A DNA stretch of 64,000 nucleotides, taken from contig JALUTT010000048.1 of assembly GCA_027021705.1 (NCBI GenBank), forward strand, positions 83,654-147,653. The letters are read 5' to 3'. Numbering within the stretch: the stretch's first letter is position 1; every line of letters begins with the position of its first letter. This DNA comes from Anaerolineae bacterium. GTDB taxonomy: Bacteria > Chloroflexota > Anaerolineae > S140-20. The notes under the pieces were generated by a model. The model was given only the letters and a program-made list of their open reading frames with translations, had not been told where the DNA came from and made no database searches. Positions 57,900 through 64,000 of this stretch are shown piece by piece. A program made the translations under genes and the position numbers.

Positions 57900-59531
57900 A
57901 TGCTGCTGAAAGACCCAACCCATCCCCCCCGCATCCTGGTCGTGGATGACGACCCGGAGATGGTGGATTTGGTCCAGCGGATCCTGGAGGAAGCCCGCTG
58001 TACCATCACACCGGCCTACTCGGGCGAGGAAGCGTGGAAAAAGCTTCTCATCGCGGCCCGGCGTGCCTCCGAGGAGTTCGACCTGGTCGTCCTGGACGTG
58101 ATGATGCCGGGGATGGATGGCTACGAACTCTGCGCCCGCATCAAGGAGCATGAGACGCTGCGCTTCACCCCGGTGCTGATGATGACGGCGTTGGCCTCGG
58201 TGGATGACAAGACGCTGGGGCTGGGGGTGGGGGCCGACGACTACATCACCAAGCCCTTCGACCCCCGGGAACTGCTGGCCCGGGTGGGGGCGATGCTGCG
58301 CATCCGCTTCGTGGAGCAGGAGCTCCGCCGGCGCAACCAGGAACTGGCCGTGCTCAACGAGATCAGCCGGGCGGTCACCTCCAGCCTGGACCTGGAGCAG
58401 ATCCTGGCCCAGACGATGCAGGGCATCCGCAAGATCCTGCCGGTGGAGGCCGGAGCGCTGATGCTCCTCGACGAGGTGACGGGAGAGTTGATCCTCCACA
58501 GGACGCTGGACCCGGGGCAGAACTCCCTGCCCCTCTCGCTGCTGGAGGAAGGACAGCCGCTGGTCGAGCAAGTCGTCCGTGAGGGCCGCCCCCTGGTGGT
58601 GAACGACTTTTCCCTGGAGGAGAGGGTGGTCGAGGGGTGTCCTTGCTCCCTCCTCTGCGTGCCCCTCACGGTGAAGGGACGGGTGATCGGGGTGCTGGAG
58701 CTGGTGAACAAGCGGGAGGGTCCCTTCGACGAGAATGACCAGGCGCTGCTCAGTTCGATGGCCGCCTCCGTAGCGACGGCCATCGAAAACGCCCGGCTCT
58801 ACCAAGAACTGGCCGAGTCCGCCCGCGAGCTGGAGCGCTCTCAGGCTCAATTGATCCAAGCCGAGAAGATGGCTGCGACCGGGCGGTTGGCTGCCTCCAT
58901 TGCTCACGAGATCAACAACCCGCTCCAGGCGATCCACAACAGCCTGCACCTGATTATGCGGCCCAACCTGAGCCCGGAGAAGCGCTACCGCTACCTGATG
59001 ATGGCCCAGGAGGAGGTGGAGCGCCTCATTGACATTGTGCGGCGGATGCTGGAGTTCTACCGTCCCTCGCGGGGGCGCGTCGTTCCTACCGATGTCAACA
59101 AAGTGGTGGAGAACGTGTTGGTGCTGACCAACAAGCGGTTGCAGCACGGGCGGATCCGTGTGCACGCCGACCTGGATCCGAACCTGCCGCGCCTGCCCGC
59201 CGTCCCCGACCAGCTCACCCAGGTCTTCCTGAACATCGTCATCAACGCCATCGAAGCGATGCCGGACGGGGGGGACCTTTGGATCAGGACCTGTTGTTCC
59301 GAGGATGGCGAGTGGGTTCTGACCCACTTCACCGATACCGGTCCGGGCCTCGACGAGACCGCCATCGCCAACATCTTCGAGCCCTTTTACACGACGAAGA
59401 GCACCGGGACGGGGTTGGGACTTTCCATCAGCTACGGCATCATCGAACGGCACGGCGGGCGCATCGAGGTCGAAAGTCGGCCCGGTGAGGGGGCCACCTT
59501 TACGGTGCGCCTGCCGGTGGAAAGGCCATAG
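57900..59531 (+). CDS. Hybrid kinase REC-GAF-HisKA-HATPase (NtrB-type H-box)
   Basis: ILVVDDD..LDVMMP..KPF; GAF; AHEINNPL; NIVINAIEA; DTGPG; GTGLGL. Confidence 0.93.
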   Translation: MLLKDPTHPPRILVVDDDPEMVDLVQRILEEARCTITPAYSGEEAWKKLLIAARRASEEFDLVVLDVMMPGMDGYELCARIKEHETLRFTPVLMMTALASVDDKTLGLGVGADDYITKPFDPRELLARVGAMLRIRFVEQELRRRNQELAVLNEISRAVTSSLDLEQILAQTMQGIRKILPVEAGALMLLDEVTGELILHRTLDPGQNSLPLSLLEEGQPLVEQVVREGRPLVVNDFSLEERVVEGCPCSLLCVPLTVKGRVIGVLELVNKREGPFDENDQALLSSMAASVATAIENARLYQELAESARELERSQAQLIQAEKMAATGRLAASIAHEINNPLQAIHNSLHLIMRPNLSPEKRYRYLMMAQEEVERLIDIVRRMLEFYRPSRGRVVPTDVNKVVENVLVLTNKRLQHGRIRVHADLDPNLPRLPAVPDQLTQVFLNIVINAIEAMPDGGDLWIRTCCSEDGEWVLTHFTDTGPGLDETAIANIFEPFYTTKSTGTGLGLSISYGIIERHGGRIEVESRPGEGATFTVRLPVERP

Positions 59532-59586
59532 CGGTGCTAAGCCGGGCAGCTATGGAAAGCTGTCTTGCTCGGTTCCATGTGCCATC

Positions 59587-59637
59587 GTAGAGCGGGTTCC
59601 CGTACCCGCCACCACAGAGCGGGTTTCTGTATCCGCC
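59587..59637 (+). repeat. REP-like doublet (AGAGCGGGTT..TA(C/T)CCGCC x2, 27-bp period)
   Basis: First copy starts with GTAG; each copy forms a GCGGGT / A(C/T)CCGC hairpin. Confidence 0.65.
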
Positions 59638-59667
59638 TGAGACGGCAACGTTTGTTGGAAGGCGCGT

Positions 59668-60513
59668 ATGGATGAGAGAAGTCGCAGACCTCGGGCAAAG
59701 CCCAGCGGCCAGGCCCACATCCTGGTGGTGGATGACGAACCGGCAGCCCGCCTCTCCTTGGCCGAACTCCTGACGCTAGAAGGGTACGACGTCACCCCAG
59801 CGGCCGGCGGTGAGGAAGTCATTGCCCTGCTCACGGAAGAGAGAGCGCGTTTCGACCTGGCCGTCGTGGACCTGAAGATGCCGGGGATGGATGGCCTGCA
59901 GGTCGTAGAAGCGCTCCGCCAGTATTCCCCCGACACCGTCGTCATCATGCTCACCGCTCACGGGACCTTGGAGACGGCGGTCCAGGCGATGCGCCAGGGG
60001 GCCCACGACTACTTGCTAAAGCCGGCCAACGTGAACGAGATCCTGGCCAGCGTGGCGGCCGGCCTGGAGAAGTACCGGAGGATGCAGCGGCGGCGGGAAC
60101 TTCTATCCTTAATGGAGCGCACCCTCTCCGCCCTGGCAACGGTGGAGCAGGGCCACACCCTGGAAGAAGAGACGGCTCTGGAGATCGCAGCCGAGGCCGA
60201 CCGTTTCCTCCAGAGCCGAGACATCCTGGTGGATCGCCAGAAGCATCTGGTCACCCGGCAAGGAAAACCTGTGGACCTGACGCCCACCGAGTTCGACCTG
60301 CTGGTGACGCTGATGTCCCATCCCGATCAGGTGATGACCCCCCAGGAACTGGTCCAGGCCGTCCAGGGCTATGAGGCCGACGTATGGGAGGCCCGCTCCA
60401 TCATTCGGGTGCACATCCGCCGGCTTCGCCAGAAGCTGGAGCCGGACCCCGCCAACCCCTCCTACATCGTCACCGTGCGGGGTGCCGGCTATATGTTCTC
60501 CTCCAGCTCCTAA
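59668..60513 (+). CDS. OmpR-family response regulator with extended helical linker
   Basis: VVDDE, DLKMP, DYLLKP, LTPTEF, RVHIRRLRQKLE, VRGAGY. Confidence 0.92.
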   Translation: MDERSRRPRAKPSGQAHILVVDDEPAARLSLAELLTLEGYDVTPAAGGEEVIALLTEERARFDLAVVDLKMPGMDGLQVVEALRQYSPDTVVIMLTAHGTLETAVQAMRQGAHDYLLKPANVNEILASVAAGLEKYRRMQRRRELLSLMERTLSALATVEQGHTLEEETALEIAAEADRFLQSRDILVDRQKHLVTRQGKPVDLTPTEFDLLVTLMSHPDQVMTPQELVQAVQGYEADVWEARSIIRVHIRRLRQKLEPDPANPSYIVTVRGAGYMFSSSS

Positions 60514-63500
60514 CGTCGCCAGCGGTAGTCGCGCCGCAGGGCTGCTTTGAAATCCTCGATCACCCCTCGCTTCCCCTCGATCCACCACTGGTCCAGCCGA
60601 GGCCAGCGGTAGAGGAGCAACGCGCGAATCTGCTGATGGTGCGGCGTCTGGTTCCAGCGGTGAACCTCCGCGTATGCCCTCCGTACCCACCCGCTGTTCA
60701 CGTCAGCCCAGGGTTGTACTTGGTCCGTCTCCGTGATGAAGACGGGGACGTGACGCCAACGGCCCGGGATCAGGTCCATAAAGGTCCGATAAGCGTAGAA
60801 GTGGTAGTACTGCCAGGTCAGGGGAGCCTTCTGGAAGGTCTCCCGGCTCGTGATCAGGCCGGGATCTGTGCCGTGGGTGTAAGTGTGTAGGACGATCCCA
60901 TCCAGGGCGACGATGTAGGCCAGCATCTCCCGGAACCAGCGACCACAATCGCTGCCCGGCCCATAGTAAGGGTCTATGGCTCCCGGACAGACGATGGCGT
61001 TGGGCTGGACCGCCTTGATGGCCGTGTAGACCTGGTTGAAGCAGCGGGCGTAGTTCTGGGGGGTGATCTCTCGACCGCCGATGCCGTTCCGATTGCCCGG
61101 CCACTCCCGAGGGTTGTTCATCTCGTTGCCGATGACCCAGATGTGGCAGCCGTGACGGGGATCGTTGGGATCTATGGAACGCTCCACCCAGCGGGCACAG
61201 GTGGCGGCGAAAGCCTCGTACAGAGGGGGGTCAGGGATCGTCCCGCTGCTCTCGTAGCCGAAGTTCAGCCGGGCGATGACGCCGAAGCCGGCTCGGGACC
61301 AGTCGTAGTACTGGGTTCGGTTCCCCCCGGCCCCCCGAGGGTTGGCCCCCACCGCCTCGGTAAAGAGCACCCACCCGGTCTTACCGCTGCCGGCGAAGAG
61401 GCCCCGGTCGTAGGGGTCGTGGATGCCGAAGAGGTAAGGGCTCTCCCCCGGTGGCACCTGGCGGACCGGTTGACGGGTGTCGGGAGGTTGGTCGGCCTGG
61501 ACCAACCAGGCGGCGACGTAGCCCTCCTTCAGGCTGGGCGTGCGCACGCGCAACCACTCTCCCTCTACACCCACTTTGGCGGCAGCCGCCTCCGGGTCCT
61601 CCAGCACGGTGAGCGGGATACCGTCGGCCACTGTCCAGAGGCGACGGCCGACCGTCGAGGGCGCGGCCCGCAGGTTCAACCAGACCGCGCTCCAGACCGT
61701 CTCGATCCGCTCCACCGGCTCGCGGACGACGGGCGGGACGGGTGGTTGGCTGCTCAGGTAGACCTCGTCGCCGATGCCGTAGGCGACCCAACCCTTGCGC
61801 CCTTCAGCGGTGCGCACGTACTGCCAGCGGTAGCCCAGGCTGTCGGGTGGCGTTGGATCGCCGATGGCGGTCAGGCGGGTGCCGGGGAGCAGGACGATCT
61901 GGCCGATCCAGAAAGCATCGTCGGTCGAGGGCTGGCGGCGGAGCTTAAGGCCGGCTGCTGCCGTCACCCAGGCGGTGCGCTCCGGCCCCTCCGGCGGGCG
62001 AGCCCGCACCTTCGTCCGGGGCCGGCGGTCGCTGAGGTAAGCCTCATCCCCCCGACCGTAGGCGACCCAGCCCTCCCGCCCGTCGGGGGCTCGCACCCGT
62101 TGCCACCGGTAGCCCTGGGAGTCCTCGGGGGTGGGAGCGCCTAGGGCGGTCAGCTTCGTCCCCGGCAGGAAGACGATCTCGTCAATCCAGTAGCGGTCGC
62201 TGACGATGGGCTGGCGGCGGAACTTCAGCCCCAGGGGAGCGGTCACCCAGACGGTGCGCTCCGGCTTGGGCCGCTCGACAGGAGGGGCTTCCGGCGGCCT
62301 GTCGCTCAGGTAGACCTCCCGACCGACGCTGTAGGCGACCCAACCCTCCCGTCCATCGGGGGCGCGGACCCGCTGCCAGCGGTAGGTGCGGGCGTCCGCC
62401 GGCGTCGGATCGCCCAGGGCGGTCAACCGGGTGCCGGGCAGGAAGACGGTCTCGTCTATCCAGAAGGCGTCGTGGGTGCTGGGCTGGCTGCGGAACTTCA
62501 GCCCCAGGGGGGCGATGACCCAGACGGGCCGTTCCTGCTCCTCCCGCGCCTCCGGCGGCCTGTCGCTCAAGTAGACCTCGTCGCCGATGCCGTAGGCGAC
62601 CCAGCCCTCCCGTCCGTCGGGGGCGCGGACCCGCTGCCAGCGGTAGGTGCGGGCGTCCGTCGGCGTTGGATCGCCCAGGGCTGTCAACTGCGTGCCCAGC
62701 GTGAAGACGGTGCGATCCACCCAGTAGGCGTCGTCGGTGCTAGGCCGGCTGCGGAACTTCAGCCCTAGGGGAGCGACGACCCAGACGGGCCGTTCCTGGA
62801 CCGGTGTCGGCGTCACCTCGACAGGCCATCGGAAGGCGGCGATGGCCTCCCAGAGCTGGGTGCCGGGCCAGAGGGGGTTATCGGGGTCGTTGCGGGCGTT
62901 CTGCCAGCTCCAGAAGCTGGCGGCCGGCAGATTCATAGCGCGGGCCTTCTGAAGGAAGCGAGTGATCTCGTCAGGTGAGGCGCTCCAATCTCCCTCGCCG
63001 TAGGCGGCACCGATGGGCACGTAGGGAAGATGGGGCCAGCGGCGCTGGTACTCCTCCCACGACGCCTGCAGATTGTGGACCGGGTCTCCCTTCACCCAGT
63101 AGACCTGAGGCATTACCAGGTCGCAGCGGCTTAGGAAGGCCTCCCAGGGGAGGTGGGGATGGCGACTGGGGAAGCGGTGGGAGGCGGCCGCCAGCATCAC
63201 CCCAGGCAGCCCCTCCTGCAATCGCTCCATGTAGACGCGGGCGTCCTCGGCGTCGCCGTAGTAGCGCCAGGCTGTACCGCTCTCCTCGAAATCAATGATC
63301 AGCCCCCCCAATTCCAGGCTCTTTACCCGTTGGATGGCGATCTCTGCCTCCTGGCGGGCAATACGCCGGGAGGGGTTCTGCCGGTCCCGCCCGTAGATGA
63401 ACTGCCATCCCCAGACGGTGAAACCGGCGGCCTTCAGCGCAGCGATGGCGGCGACCGTCATACCCTCGTAGGCTGGCGTGGAAGGATAGCTATAGGGGCC

Positions 63501-63623
63501 ATCGGCGATCTTGATGGCCAGGTGGGCCAGGCCGGCTTCTCGGGCTACTTGGACGATCCGTTCTGCGTCTCCCCCCTCACATTTCTGGACTTCCCAGATG
63601 AAGATCCCTTTTCCCCGCAGCAT
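60510..63623 (-). CDS. Multidomain putative cell-wall/glycan hydrolase: GH25-like barrel + 4 SH3b-like repeats + SH3b + clan-A-like GH domain
   Basis: N-terminal KGIFIW..IKIADG..WGWQF..IIDFE..MPQVYW; repeats GLKFR..RWQRVRAPDGREGWVAY; C-terminal IGNEMN..LHTY..ITET. Confidence 0.75.
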   Translation of the reverse strand: MLRGKGIFIWEVQKCEGGDAERIVQVAREAGLAHLAIKIADGPYSYPSTPAYEGMTVAAIAALKAAGFTVWGWQFIYGRDRQNPSRRIARQEAEIAIQRVKSLELGGLIIDFEESGTAWRYYGDAEDARVYMERLQEGLPGVMLAAASHRFPSRHPHLPWEAFLSRCDLVMPQVYWVKGDPVHNLQASWEEYQRRWPHLPYVPIGAAYGEGDWSASPDEITRFLQKARAMNLPAASFWSWQNARNDPDNPLWPGTQLWEAIAAFRWPVEVTPTPVQERPVWVVAPLGLKFRSRPSTDDAYWVDRTVFTLGTQLTALGDPTPTDARTYRWQRVRAPDGREGWVAYGIGDEVYLSDRPPEAREEQERPVWVIAPLGLKFRSQPSTHDAFWIDETVFLPGTRLTALGDPTPADARTYRWQRVRAPDGREGWVAYSVGREVYLSDRPPEAPPVERPKPERTVWVTAPLGLKFRRQPIVSDRYWIDEIVFLPGTKLTALGAPTPEDSQGYRWQRVRAPDGREGWVAYGRGDEAYLSDRRPRTKVRARPPEGPERTAWVTAAAGLKLRRQPSTDDAFWIGQIVLLPGTRLTAIGDPTPPDSLGYRWQYVRTAEGRKGWVAYGIGDEVYLSSQPPVPPVVREPVERIETVWSAVWLNLRAAPSTVGRRLWTVADGIPLTVLEDPEAAAAKVGVEGEWLRVRTPSLKEGYVAAWLVQADQPPDTRQPVRQVPPGESPYLFGIHDPYDRGLFAGSGKTGWVLFTEAVGANPRGAGGNRTQYYDWSRAGFGVIARLNFGYESSGTIPDPPLYEAFAATCARWVERSIDPNDPRHGCHIWVIGNEMNNPREWPGNRNGIGGREITPQNYARCFNQVYTAIKAVQPNAIVCPGAIDPYYGPGSDCGRWFREMLAYIVALDGIVLHTYTHGTDPGLITSRETFQKAPLTWQYYHFYAYRTFMDLIPGRWRHVPVFITETDQVQPWADVNSGWVRRAYAEVHRWNQTPHHQQIRALLLYRWPRLDQWWIEGKRGVIEDFKAALRRDYRWRR

Positions 63624-63638
63624 AGCACCCTCCCCAAG

Positions 63639-63693
63639 CGAACTGCGAATTGCAAACCACAGACTGCGAATGGCGAATGGCAGGTTGCGATTC
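63639..63693. repeat. Degenerate heptamer array (GCGAAT-like)
   Basis: GCGAACT GCGAATT GCAAACC ACAGACT GCGAATG GCGAATG. Confidence 0.6.
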
Positions 63694-63702
63694 CTCTTCC
63701 CC

Positions 63703-63731
63703 ATTGTATCCTCTCTCGGAGCAGGTGTCAA
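63703..63731 (-). promoter_or_regulatory. Sigma70 promoter of the SH3-repeat hydrolase
   Basis: Minus-strand TTGACA (63726-63731), N17, TACAAT (63703-63708). Confidence 0.8.
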
Positions 63732-63743
63732 TGGGGGTACAGG

Positions 63744-63831
63744 CGGTGATTACCCACAAGTGAGCGAGAGAGTGGTCCGTAGCAGGCCGTCCACGAATTT
63801 CTCACAAATGCACGAATGAGGCGGTCCTTAA
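63744..63831 (+). mobile_element. Left part of MITE family C (second copy), interrupted
   Basis: Near-identical to 41480-41567, then diverges after GGTCCTTAA. Confidence 0.85.
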
Positions 63832-63946
63832 CGCAACTTTTGTGCAAATGGAGCCCAAACCGTTCAAAACAGGCTAGAAACAGAACTTTTACAACTGAGC
63901 AGCCTTGGGGTAAACTCATCGTGATCCCCTAACCAGGAGGTCCACG

Positions 63947-64000
63947 ATGAGTCGATTGCCTACCAAAACCCAGAGTGCTCCAACGGCCACCCTCACCAGC
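63947..64000 (+). CDS. 3'-partial ORF (MSRLPTKTQSAPTATLTS...), possibly a transposase
   Basis: AGGAGG RBS at 63935-63940; only 18 codons visible. Confidence 0.35.
   Translation, partial: MSRLPTKTQSAPTATLTS

Overview
High-GC, gene-dense chromosomal window. It is most likely from a Chloroflexota (Anaerolineae-like) bacterium; this is inferred from gene content and style (multi-GAF kinases, AEAQRRTE coiled-coil protein, DUF5667 anti-sigma factor, SH3-repeat hydrolase, F420 genes). About 45 genes. These include a 5'-truncated multi-GAF hybrid kinase followed by a threonine-synthase-like PLP enzyme fused to a receiver domain, a type II R-M pair, OppA, a DUF6516 toxin-antitoxin-like pair, eno, degV, livKHMGF and scattered purine/Se-Mo catabolism genes (ssnA, yqeC, mocA, hydA, ade). 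Also present are npdG-cofE, a ClC-CBS-TrkA_C transporter, an ECF sigma/anti-sigma operon and an AAA_21 + TOPRIM-like candidate defence pair. An orphan ADC-ACAD-ACAD-ACP-adenylation-AsnB-NadE biosynthetic cluster has 11-bp-period activator boxes in its promoter, and the window ends with a two-component pair and a two-catalytic-domain SH3-repeat hydrolase. Non-coding DNA holds at least three MITE families with visible target-site duplications (two share the same inner 14-bp inverted arms), a GTAG-type REP cluster and many 7/8-mer tandem arrays. No rRNA, tRNA or CRISPR array was recognised. Family assignments come from remembered motifs, not database searches.
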